A stretch of 64,000 nucleotides of DNA, from assembly GCA_951406725.2 (NCBI GenBank), contig OX597815.1, positions 45,198,001 through 45,262,000 on the forward strand, given 5' to 3'. Shown one piece after another: positions 51,961 to 64,000 of this stretch. The notes beneath the pieces are model-generated. The model saw only the letters and a program-made list of their open reading frames with translations. It had not been told where the DNA came from and searched no databases. Each line of letters begins with the position of its first letter. Position 1 is the first letter of the stretch. Origin of the DNA: Octopus vulgaris (lineage: Eukaryota). The translations under genes and the position numbers were made by a program.

Positions 51961-51989
51961 AGAGAAAACAACAACAACAATAATAATAA

Positions 51990-52196
51990 TTTTGGCACAA
52001 GGCCTGAAATTTCGGGGGAGGTGGGTAAACCGATTGTATCGATCCCAGTGATCAACTGGTACTTATTTTGTCGAACCCGAAAGGATGAAAAGCAATGTTG
52101 ACCTCGGTGGAATTTGAACTCAGAACGTAAAAACCAACGACATGCCGCTAAACATTTTGCATTGGATGCTAATGATTGTGACAGCTCGCCGCCTTC
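51990..52196 (-). mobile_element. Family A SINE
   Basis: Reverse-complement match to family A. Confidence 0.8.
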
Positions 52197-52646
52197 GTCT
52201 GAATAATGATAATAATAATAACAATTTCTTTTTAATGATACTTTTCATACATATATATATTGGTCCAAAATATCTCACAAGAAACATGGCACCACAGTAA
52301 GTCCTCGGGGTATTGTGTCTGTGGTCTCTCGATTCGGTTCCTCGTTGCAACCTATTTCTCTTATCTCGTAGTATGTTGATAAAGATATGAATTTTTGATA
52401 ATCCGTCTCTTTCCCCGCTAGAAATCTATGATTATATTTCTTTGAATAAATCCATGTGTGTAAAAATGCGTGAGAGTACATGCATGTAAGTTGGGTTTTT
52501 AGGTCCCACAGACATCTGGAATGTGAGGAGACGACTGAAAATTTCGTCTATTCCTCAAAGCAAGTCTACTGAAGGTGAATTAAATGCTAAAGTACATTAT
52601 ACACATGATAGGTATAATATTAAAAAGTATATGCCCATGTAGACGC

Positions 52647-53501
52647 ATGAAGTCTGTAAATAAAGTAATGAGAAATTTTCAGTGAACTCTTTTATTTATA
52701 ATTAAACAACAAATCAACTCTGTCGCCTTCAAAATAGCTCCCTTGGGAAATCACACAGCGCCCAGGACGTTGTTTTCACTCTCCACAGCAGTACTGGAAC
52801 TCAGAAACCAGAATGGCCTTAAGTTGGTTGGTTACAGCCTTTTTTTCATGTTTTCCAACGTGCCAAAAAGATGTCCTTTTAAGTGAATTTTCAATATCGG
52901 GAAGAGAAAGAAGGCACACGAAATCAGGTTAGGCGAATATGGGGTCTGAGTGACAATAGAGATGCTTTCCTTTCCACAAACTGCAACATTTCCCCCATTC
53001 CCAATTCGTGGGTCAAAATTTGATAAAAGGTAGTGTCATCCAAGTACAACTCTTCTCTAATCAATTTGACAGTTAACTGGCGGTAAAATTACACAAGGCC
53101 TTTGATTCGTTCCACATTTTCGTCATTTCATTTCTTAAATCGATTGCTTTTCTGACCGACGGTCATCTACAACGATTTCTCAGCCTTTTAAAAAGGTTTT
53201 GAACCATCTGAAAACATACACGCTTGATAAAGCAGTCTCTCCGTAAGCCTGTTGAAGTTTGGCACAAGTTTCAGTGGCATTGTGTCCGAGTTTGAAACAA
53301 AACTTGCTCGTAACTGTCCTTGCTCATTTTCGGGACACACAGAACAAAATCACTTCGCAAAACGTGCACTCACAGTTCACCTGTTAACATCACGTGGCTG
53401 CTGTTTGGATTTAAGTGGCAACACTGAGAAGGGAAACCCAGCAGTATTGTCAGATCAAAAGCTATGGAACTAGTCCCATTGCTTTATTTACAGGTCTCAT
53501 A
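52647..53501 (-). mobile_element. Internally deleted mariner element
   Basis: Minus-strand PYSPNLISCAFFLFPILKIHLKG (YSPDL motif) and RCVISQGSYFEGD. Decayed TIRs at ~52647-52678 and ~53468-53501. Confidence 0.8.
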
Positions 53502-54066
53502 TAGCGAAATTGACTACAATAGCAATCTGACACTCCCCCTTCTCCCTTCTCTTTCTTTCCTCAGTGTCTTACTCCCTCTCCCTCTCTCTCCCTTTCTTTC
53601 TCTCTTTCTCTTCCCTAACTCTTTAGGTGATCAAGACAGCAAGAGTCATCAACTCAACACGAAGCGTCTATGCAGACGCTCGGCCTGCAACAAATCGCAG
53701 TCAATTCTCTTTCAAATCAAACCATACCATCTTACAAAGGGAAGAAAATATTGTATAACTTATTCCTTTTTATATCATAAGTGATAAGAAAAATAGAATA
53801 GACTCGACTGGGACGGCCTCAATGATGGGCATTTTCGATCAGGGCTTTATCTGAGGCTGAAGAAGAACAACAACACCAATTATGACAAATTTAGAGAGGT
53901 AACTAGTAGTGGACTGGATGCAAATGGACGACTGAAAACACGAATAAACACACAAACCACTAAACTCTACATTAAAAAAAAAACATCCTTCATTGGTCGA
54001 TATTTTGTCATAAAGATATAAATAAATAAATATATATATATATATATATATATAACTGATATACAT

Positions 54067-54281
54067 AATTTACGGCATCTGTTTCGGTAGAATTTCATTG
54101 ATGTACTCATAGACGATATCATAATATATAATTCACCATCTTGGATTCGTCATGATCGATGAATGAAATCTTACCTGCTTGACATCTTACCAGTTTAAAA
54201 TTTTACCTGAATATGGTAGCTTATATGTTTGATGCGATTTATGACTACATCAATAAAATTCTACCGAAACAGCTGTCATAA
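54067..54281. ncRNA. Inverted pair of degenerate PLE-type hammerhead motifs
   Basis: Plus strand 54203-54281 reads ttac-CTGAATA-t-ggtag...ctacc-GAAA-cagctg-TC-ataa. An inverted relative lies at 54067-54145. Confidence 0.6.
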
Positions 54282-54513
54282 TTTTTAAACGCCATTTATG
54301 TTCTCTTTTTATAACTAAGTCACACCTGGAACCACCCCTGAGTTGGATCTACGGTATAAATTCCATTTGATACTTATATATCTGTAGTTTCTTACCAACA
54401 CGTGATAACTTCATTGTTGTTTACTGTGAACTCTGTTATCGTGTCAAGCAATTTCTGGCATCTTATGTGTTGACGTACCTAGGTTCTATGCATCATTATA
54501 ACTCATTCATGTG

Positions 54514-54824
54514 GAGGCGTGATGGCCCAGTGTTTAGGGCAGCGGATTCGTGGTTGTAGGATCGCGGTTTCGATTCCCACGCCGGGCGTTGTAAGTGTTT
54601 ATTGAGCGAAAACACCTAAAGCTCGAGGCTCCGGCAGGGGGTGGTGGTGATCCCTCCTGTCGTCTTTCGCCACAACTTTCTCTCACTCTTTCTTCTGTTG
54701 GCCAGCTCGCTTAGCCAGCGGGGTGGCGTCATTTGAAGGCTAAAACAATGCGGAGCGCATTGTGACCAGCGATGTGTAGCAACATCTGATAGTCTGGTCG
54801 CTCACAGCCATCACGGAGATAAGC
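54514..54824 (+). mobile_element. tRNA-derived SINE family C (tRNA-Arg-like head), TSD CATTCATGTG
   Basis: A box tggcccagtg and B box ggtttcgattccc. Direct repeat at 54504-54513 and 54825-54834. Confidence 0.8.
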
Positions 54825-54828
54825 CATT

Positions 54829-54904
<76 letters not shown>

Positions 54905-55274
54905 AAAACAGTTTGATTCGGTTCCATGTTGTTTACTCATTCCTAAATCGCATGAAACGGAATTAATCTATTTTAAATAATACATGTAACTCCTACTAAA
55001 TGTCCACTCACTCGAACACACACATACAGTGGTAGTTTGATTCAGTTCCACGTTACATGAATTTTCGTGACCGAACATGTCTACTCCTTCAGATGTCCCG
55101 TCACAGAATAGCTGATGAAATGGACATGTTCTATACCAACGAAAATCCAGATAATGTAGAACTTGATCAAACTATTATTAAATACATAAAACTCCAGCTA
55201 AACGTGTTAAGCGCTACTTTCTTTCGTCTGTTGACGCTCTTGCGTGCATGACAGGGCGATTGAATGTGAGCGCG

Positions 55275-55329
<55 letters not shown>

Positions 55330-55530
55330 AACTCGCTTGTAAACATAGACATACATGCACACACATATGAATCTGCACGTATACACCCATTCATAAGCAT
55401 ATTAAAACATAGGTGTTCACTTTAAACGCACGCGCGCACATACATACACACATACCTCTTATATTTCTTGACTATCAAGTTGTACGTTTTTTTTATATAT
55501 ACTTACACTACTGAATTAAAATTCCAGTTC

Positions 55531-55616
<86 letters not shown>

Positions 55617-56410
55617 ATTTGTGTCTGTGTATGAATGCGTATATACATGCATACATGTATAAGTATGAGTGTATAGGTATATAGCTATTTACATATATGT
55701 ATATGTATAAATGTGTATATTGTGAATAGGGACGTACGTTTAATTTTGACATTTTCAACGATGTACTAGAGAGTTACATTTCTCTGTTTAAACACCCTAA
55801 ACACCAATATTTAAACAACCTTACAGTTTAACTTATGTTTGATTTTGATTTTGTTCTTATATTTTTTTAACAAAAAAAGGAAAGGTTCAAAAATTGTGTC
55901 GTGCTGCCATTTCTTGACATAACTTAACAAACAGCTTCACCTTTCAAAATTACTGTTTTTGACATAATTATCAAGGCTTAATTGCTTGTTGGCGACATTT
56001 GTGATTTTCTGGCCAAAACATCATAAGATAAAGCATATATTTGACCTATGTAAGCGTCTTCTTTCGGGTTTAGTTTGCTTGTATGTATTTTTTTGATGTT
56101 GTTGCTGTTTTAAATTCTTCTTAGTAAATTCAACGTATTGATATTTTCGCTCCCAGACGCACCATCCAATTACTGAAGATATTTTCTATCACCACAGCTA
56201 ACGGTGATCGTGAGCTAACATCACACAATATTAAATAAACTGTCGTAATATATGTTATAGGCGACTGTTGTGTGTGTGTGTGTGTGTGATGACAAGCGTG
56301 CTAATAATCATTTTTATCCGTCGAGGACTTATATACCCCAATATTAGACACTTTTCTATAGCCAATATACAATGAACATTTCCAAGCTTAATCTTATAAG
56401 AATGTACAGA

Positions 56411-56443
<33 letters not shown>

Positions 56444-56934
56444 TATGTGTGTGTATGTATGTATGAATGTATACATTGTGTGTGTGTAATGGTCGAATAA
56501 TTTCTATCTTTTCTTAGATTGTAGGTTCGTGTCTTATTACAGTTATCAAGTTGTCTTTCGACAATGTGTAAATTTATCTTTCTGTCAAATTGGAAAGGAA
56601 ATTATGCCTATCAAGCTGTAATACTACATAACGGTTTCTCTAATATCCCTCGTCAGATTTTTTTAAAAGACACAACGCGGTAAAAAATGTTCTTGAAATC
56701 TTACGGTTTATCAATTCGGCATTTGTTTATTTAGATAAATACCTCATTCATCACTTCTGCAGTATTTTTCTAATTATCGAAAATAAATCTGGAATTTAAT
56801 TAGATAATACTGCCCTGACTTTTTGCGATAAACCAAATCTTTATCATGAAAGTAATTAATTGAAAGCTCGGGATTCAAATATTTAATAAGTTAGACATGA
56901 CCTAATTTTCAACTTTTTATTATAAACTAGGTTA

Positions 56935-57338
56935 AGGCGCCGAGATTCGTAGAATCGTTAGCACATCAGGCAAAATGCTTAGCAGCATTTCGTTCGTCCG
57001 TATGCTTTGTGTTCAAATTCCGCCGAAGTTCACTTTAACTGTCATCTTTTCGGGGTCGATAAAATAAGTACCAGTTGAGCACTGGGGCCGATGTAATCGA
57101 CTTACCCCTTCCCCGAAATAGCTGGCCTTATGTAAAGCTTTGAAACCAAAAGCGGTGAGCTGGCAGAATCGTTATCACGCCGGGAAAAATACTTAGCGAC
57201 ATTTCGTTCATCTTTACATTCTGACTTTGCCTTTTATCCTTTTGGGATCAATAGATAAGTACCAGTTGAGCTGAGGGGGCGATCTAATCGACTTATCCCT
57301 CCTCCCAAAAGTGCTATCTTTGTACCAAAATTTGAGAT
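56935..57338 (+). mobile_element. Two tandem family A SINEs
   Basis: Heads at ~56935 and ~57150. Confidence 0.8.
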
Positions 57339-58772
57339 CATTTTTAGACTAAGTAATAAATGTTTCTTTTCATCAAATATAGCAGACTTTAATACTAAAT
57401 TAGCTTCTCTCAAATATTATAGCTTTGTGTTTTAAAAATATTATCTTTCAGGAAATATTTATTATGAAGGGAAATTCTCTATTTTGTTTCAACATGCATG
57501 AGTTGCAATTATTTAGTATAGTTGCGTGCTTCAGTAAATAATCATTTCATATTAATGTAAAAGTTTACTTTATAAAATCATATTACCTAAATTACAGATT
57601 CAGCCCAAGAGAACAAGTATCAGTTCAATAGGGGGCATGTGGGGACGAGTTGGAAAGTTCAAAAGAGAAATGACACTAGCGAACAGCTCTAAAGTTTGAC
57701 CTGAGAGCTTGACTTGGTGGCATTTGCTTTCAAATGGAGATCTGTGCTGGTATTTACAAATATTTTATTGTTATAAAGTACTGGGTGTACGATATCAGTG
57801 CAATTTCCTTTAACGTAAAGTTATCTTTCTTTTTCGATTGTCCAAATACTGACACCTTGTAAAAATGACGTAATATTTGGTTCCAAGATTGGTCATCTGG
57901 CAATTCTACATTAAGACAGAAAGCTGCACAAAATTCTTTAAACTCATTATAGAGGCTTACGATATCTTTGTATTAAGCAACCGGATCGTCAAGTGAACAG
58001 ACGAGTTTTTAATTGGTATTCTTTTAGCATAACATACTGTTTTGCTCAGTCATTATAAACGAAAAGAAAATAAATGTCATCAGTATACAAACTGCGCAAC
58101 CAGTCATTTCAAGTCGATGTAAATGTTTACTTTTATGGTATATTTAAGTTTTAGGTCAGAAAAAACAACTTTCTGCAAACTGGACGAAAACGTGTTAATT
58201 CTTAGAAGATAATTTATATAGAATTTCTTATTTTGATTTATTTATACTTTTCCCATTAAAAAATAAAACTCCCTTTAAGCATAAAATACTTGTAAATACG
58301 ATTGCAACACTTTATTTAAAATCAAATGTCACCAATTATGTTTTTTTTCTTTTTTTTTTCTGTCGTCAAACAAGTTCATGCTACTTGGGACTGACTCCTT
58401 AAAGGGCTGACCAGTGTGCACATAAACTGAAACTTTTTTTCAGAAAAAATAAAACAATCTTCAAAGTAATAGCAAGAAATAAATTGAGTCTTCTAGCAAT
58501 TTGAAATAAAAATTAAATCCTGCTAATTTTGGCACCCAACTAATAACCTTGAATTAATGATGCTAATGAGAACTGATGCTAATGGTGCTTTGTAATAATT
58601 TAAAATTGCAAATTAGTGACTTTGGAGAAACAGATATAACTGCTGTGTTATTACACAGTGGATTTAATGCCACAAATGGTTAGCAATTTGGATTTTTTAA
58701 AGTTGTATTGTACAAACTCCATAAGTTTTGATAAACATATAACTGGCTACGTGGATACTCGTTTGTCTAGAA

Positions 58773-59290
58773 CAGAGATTGCCGAACTTTTTCGACCATC
58801 GACCCCGTTTAGCCTCTTCTTCTTCCGCATAGACTCCCTTTAGCCACTTCTCCTTTCACATCGACCACCCTCCTCATTTAAAATACCTTAATACCCTACC
58901 CCACCGTACCATAGCTTAAATGCGTACCGGGTACTGATGCTGGCAATAACGTTTATGACATATGTATTTAATATCTTATCTCCCCCAGCAGGCCTGGTCA
59001 TTTCCATAAGCAAACACTTGACATTTCACATTCTCTTAATCACGCATCTCAGTCTTCGATTTCGATACAGATTACGACATTAGGCCTCGAACGTTAGCAG
59101 CAGCAGACTTCTCGCTACAGTGAAAACTTGTGTTTTCTCACGTTTCATGGCGCTAAGTATTTCAAGCAGTTCATCTGTGTGAGCTGGTCTTTCGCACACC
59201 AAGTCCCATTCGACCCTTTTAGGTGTTATCGATCCCCTGTAATTCCTCGCCGACCCCTAAGGGTCCCTCGGACTCCTTTGGCGAACCCTG
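58773..59290. mobile_element. Decayed hAT (Charlie-like) non-autonomous element
   Basis: Termini CAGAGATTGCCGAA and TTGGCGAACCCTG, subterminal cgacccc repeats, and 8-bp flanks gtctagaa/ttctaaag resembling the NTCTAGAN target. Confidence 0.55.
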
Positions 59291-59620
59291 TTCTAAAGAG
59301 TTAACTATAGGCTGTTACCTGACCGAGATGGACTTTGTCTTGATAACCATCAAAAGTCACTGAAATAGAAGTTGCATAAATTTATTATTGTTCATCAGCA
59401 ATTAATAACTTGACAATACTGATACTGTTGATATTCATTCATACTTATATTATCAAACCTAATGGAGGTGTTGAACTCAAATATATATAATAAAATTACC
59501 ACATCGTTCCAGGTTCAGTCTCACTGCATGACACCTTGAGCAAATTTTTTCCACTGTAGCCTCGGGCCGAACAAACCCATGTGAATAGATTTAATAGACG
59601 GAAACTGAAAGAACCCTGTC

Positions 59621-59975
<355 letters not shown>

Positions 59976-60299
59976 GCAGGGTTGTCCAAAAAATCACCTG
60001 ACACTAAATCAAAATCAAGATTTATTTATGTTTTAACAACTGAATGAATTTAACAAAATGCATCTGAATATGAAACATCATGAAGATTGGCAAGTTTATT
60101 GCCAAAATGAGAGGGTCAACATACATTGGTATGAATTTTTAAGCTTTAATTCAACTGAAGAAAACGCTTGTTTTCCATAATGTAATCGATTTATCCAATA
60201 AAAAGCACGTCTGAAACAGCAGCAATTAAAGAAAACCTCAACTCATTTGTAATCTTTCTTCATAATTTTATATATACATACATATGCATATATGGATGG

Positions 60300-60891
<592 letters not shown>

Positions 60892-61189
60892 ACATATGCA
60901 TACGTGCACACATATATATTGGACAACACCTGGCATTTTAGCCAGTGTGCCATTTTGAAACAAAAAAAGGCAAGATATATTTGAACTACAGTACATTTAA
61001 CATACATGCACCCACTTTGCAGCTGTCTCATATAAAAATGAAAGTTTTTATATTAAAATTCTATTTTTTATTTATGTGCAGCGTTTATGCACCTGAAACA
61101 CTACTGATATGTGTGTGTGTGTAGGTACGCGTATGCTTATATATATTTATAAGTGTGTATGTTTATATATATATACATTCAAAATGTGA

Positions 61190-61385
61190 CCTCATGTGTA
61201 CCGTTGGCGATTATTTTTTCCTCTGTCTTCCCTTCTCTGGATCTTTCCTTCTCCTATGTTTCCGACGAAGAGCTCCGCTCGAAACGTTAAACCCTCCTTC
61301 TTTCCTGAGCGTCCAATAATACTATATTTGTTCCACGTCCTCGCGTTGTTGTGTTTTTTTGTGCTTTCTTGTTTGGATTAACTTT
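61190..61385 (+). mobile_element. Penelope-like terminal fragment with a minimal hammerhead-like motif at 61258-61293
   Basis: gttt-CCGACGA-a-gagc-tcc-gctc-GAAA-cgtt-aaac. Confidence 0.5.
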
Positions 61386-61397
61386 ATATATATATGT

Positions 61398-61625
61398 CAG
61401 TGGCGACTCCGTCACTCGGTCTGGTCGGGCTTAGTCCGAGTATAAATTTAATAAATTGAACGTGTATTTTCAACTCGATTTCATTTCTGTCAACACTGAC
61501 TTCAAGTATGTAATTGCTGCCAATAACTCGGACTCCTTTTATAGATCCTGGTCGCAATTTATTTATTTTCGTTCAGCGTCTGGCGGTCATCTTTGAGGTG
61601 TCCTCTGTCAAAAAGTATGATTCGT
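61398..61625 (+). mobile_element. Third, truncated copy of the CAGTGGCGAC-ended DNA element
   Basis: Aligns with 7078-7310 and is preceded by a TA tract. Confidence 0.82.
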
Positions 61626-61924
61626 AGAACTTACTGATTTGGGCGCAGAAGTTATATATATGAGGGAATTTTTTCAGTTTTTGTCAAATTCACTCAGAAC
61701 GCATGGGTCGGCTCCAGGCTACGGTAGAAGGCAGGTGCTCAAGCTGCTGCACAGTAGAACTGAACCCAAGACCGCACGGTCGGGAAGCGAGCTTCTCAAC
61801 TGTAGAGTTATGTATGTATATATATATATGTATATGTGCCTTGAATTATTTATAAATTTCAGCTTCAGAAATAACAACAGTTACTATAAGACGGCAATTA
61901 GGAAAACATTAGGATTAGCTAATA

Positions 61925-62140
61925 TTGGTTTCAGATTTTGGTACAAAGCCAACAACTTCTGGGGAGTGGGTAAGTCGATTGCACTGACCCCAGGATTCAA
62001 CTTGGACTTATTTTATCGACTCCGAAAGGATGAATGGCAAAGTCGACCTCGGTAAAATTTGAACTCAGCACTTAGAGACGGACGAAATACTGTTACGCAT
62101 TTTGCCTAGCACGCTAACGAATCTGCCAGCTCGTTGCCTT
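61925..62140 (-). mobile_element. Family A SINE
   Basis: Reverse-complement match to family A. Confidence 0.75.
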
Positions 62141-63121
62141 TCTGCGCGACTAATATCGAGTAGTGTTCAGCAGTAAATTGAACAATATTTATATACTCAT
62201 AAAAATTAATTACTCTGTTTCATATACTAATTTTAATTCACACAGCATAACATTTGTGACGGTGGTGGGCTGCAATGTTTTTCAGTGTATTGCTTATATT
62301 TATTTAGTTTTTTCTCTTACTTCTTGATGTATCCAACAGATTTTACTGATATACAAGCCGTTCATTTTTTGCACCATATATTTAAGCAATAAATCAGGGA
62401 ACGAGACAGTCACTAAGTAAATAGATTGCAGCTCTACTACATAATAATAAAAAAAATCAGAAAATAAGAAGAGCCGTCAAACAAACTCTAGATTTCATTT
62501 CTAACAATATGTCACATTTCTTGTATTAAGTTAGATTAATGGTCAACGGATAATAATAGAAATATTGATATTTCTAAATCTCTCTAAAGGAGACTACGGC
62601 AGCAGTACTGGATATTAATAATTATCGCCAAGCTAACATGGCAGTCCAGGAAAATGGGACGAATGCTGCCGTTGATTAGCTGCAAGAGGCCATCGCCTCT
62701 ATGTGACACACAGACGTGTGTCCATTATAACCTTCGAACAGGGGAGGTCAGCAGCTTCCCCTTGCTGGTCTGGCAACCACAGACTAGTTTCCCCTTATCA
62801 ATGTGGAGTAGCCGAACCCAGCAGGCGTCGCTGCTGGCCGTCTGTTCGAAGGATTATTTACCTAAATTCACTGGAAAACATCCACTGGTTTTCAAAAATA
62901 GAAATATTAAAATTTCTAAACTCTTTAAAGGAGACTACAGCAGCGGTACTGGATATTAATAGTAATGACTTTTATGTCTCGTCGACATTCTTCTATCTTT
63001 TCCTCCTCTGTTATTTCCACTCCTTTGTTGTTATATATAACGTTCTGTAAATTATCGTTCTTTTCCCCGTTTTTCCAGCATTTCTTTAGGAGGCGTCTCC
63101 CTCCTTCAGCAAACCGTTAAA

Positions 63122-63463
63122 TCTTTATATATAAAAGAAAGGTTGCAGTTTAACCAAAACCGGGTATCTTATAGTCGTGATTCATATCAAGCCCTTCTGG
63201 GTATTAGCGCGCGCCTACGATGAGTCTACGATTTAAAAAATAATTTACCATCATTTTTTTCCATTTTAATGCATATTTTTTTTAATATAAGGGAAGTAAC
63301 TCTCTAAAAATGTCTACGATGAGTCAACGATTTTTAAAAAATTTACCATAATTTTTTTTCCATTTTTAATGCATTTTTTGCTATTTTTTTGCTATAACTC
63401 TCTAAAAATGCTTATATAGTTATTTCCCTTACAAACCCGAGCAACGCCAGGCGATACTGCTAG
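63122..63463 (+). mobile_element. Non-autonomous Helitron
   Basis: A|TCTTTATATATAAAA...cccgagcaacgccaggcg...CTAG|T; homologous to 18453-18849. Confidence 0.88.
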
Positions 63464-64000
63464 TTTTTTATAATTCTTCTCTTTTAGTTCTATTTCATGG
63501 ACCTGCAGTACCGCCACTGACTGGCCTTTACCGGTCACCGCAGTGTAACTTCCCGTTGGTTTACCTTCCATGACAGTATTATTCCTAATTTAACCCATAA
63601 ATGGGGAAGAAAAAACTAACAGCCAGTTAACAACAGCAATTGCAACAATTCCATTTAATAACGGTTTTAGCAATTCAGCAAATTAACAATGCAATACAAC
63701 AAAACTTACATGGAGCGAAGTCAGTTTAACTCACGTTTAAAGAAAACATCACCAACACCCAAAAATTGCGTTTTTTATTGATTTTTATGTGATATATTTT
63801 TTCCGTTTTCATACGTTTTAATCAAATTATTTTTCTAGTCTGAGAAATAACAGATTTAAATTATTCTCAAAGACTTTGATGATTAATTTTCACTCGAAAT
63901 TTCTTTGCTGGGGAGGGGCCGTTTTAGATTCATTTCATTTTCATAATATTTTAATTAAATAATTTTCTAATGAAAAATGGAAAACAGAAGCATTGTTATT

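Noticed and set aside
54514-54590. tRNA gene
   Set aside because: A/B boxes are present but there is no intact cloverleaf, and the sequence continues into a SINE body with a TSD. The same applies to family A and B heads.

Overview
AT-rich, repeat-dense eukaryotic DNA. The mix of microsatellites and tRNA-derived SINEs is typical of a coleoid cephalopod, probably Octopus; this is an inference from repeat content only. I found no intact protein-coding gene. Almost all ORFs in the supplied track are microsatellite read-throughs, and the rest are transposon relics. The window is a nested transposon graveyard. It holds an internally deleted Gypsy LTR element with a perfect tRNA-Trp PBS, an R4/Dong-type RLE LINE in a (TAA)n tract, CR1 and RTE relics, four Tc1/mariner relics, three non-autonomous Helitrons, MULE- and hAT-type MITEs, a (TA)n-targeting DNA element family and many SINEs of three families. 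Three features stand out. (1) A 3.9-kb Penelope-like element at 29963-33822 has inverted hammerhead-bearing arms, a GIY-YIG relic and three diverged ~850-bp tandem units that may be decayed coding repeats. (2) Several unrelated hammerhead-ribozyme-like motifs occur, one in the 3' end of an (AAT)n-tailed element. (3) A fold-back MITE carries a (TTAGGG)n-like array. One weak host-exon candidate lies at 25230-25292. All coordinates were read by eye, so boundaries of decayed elements are approximate.
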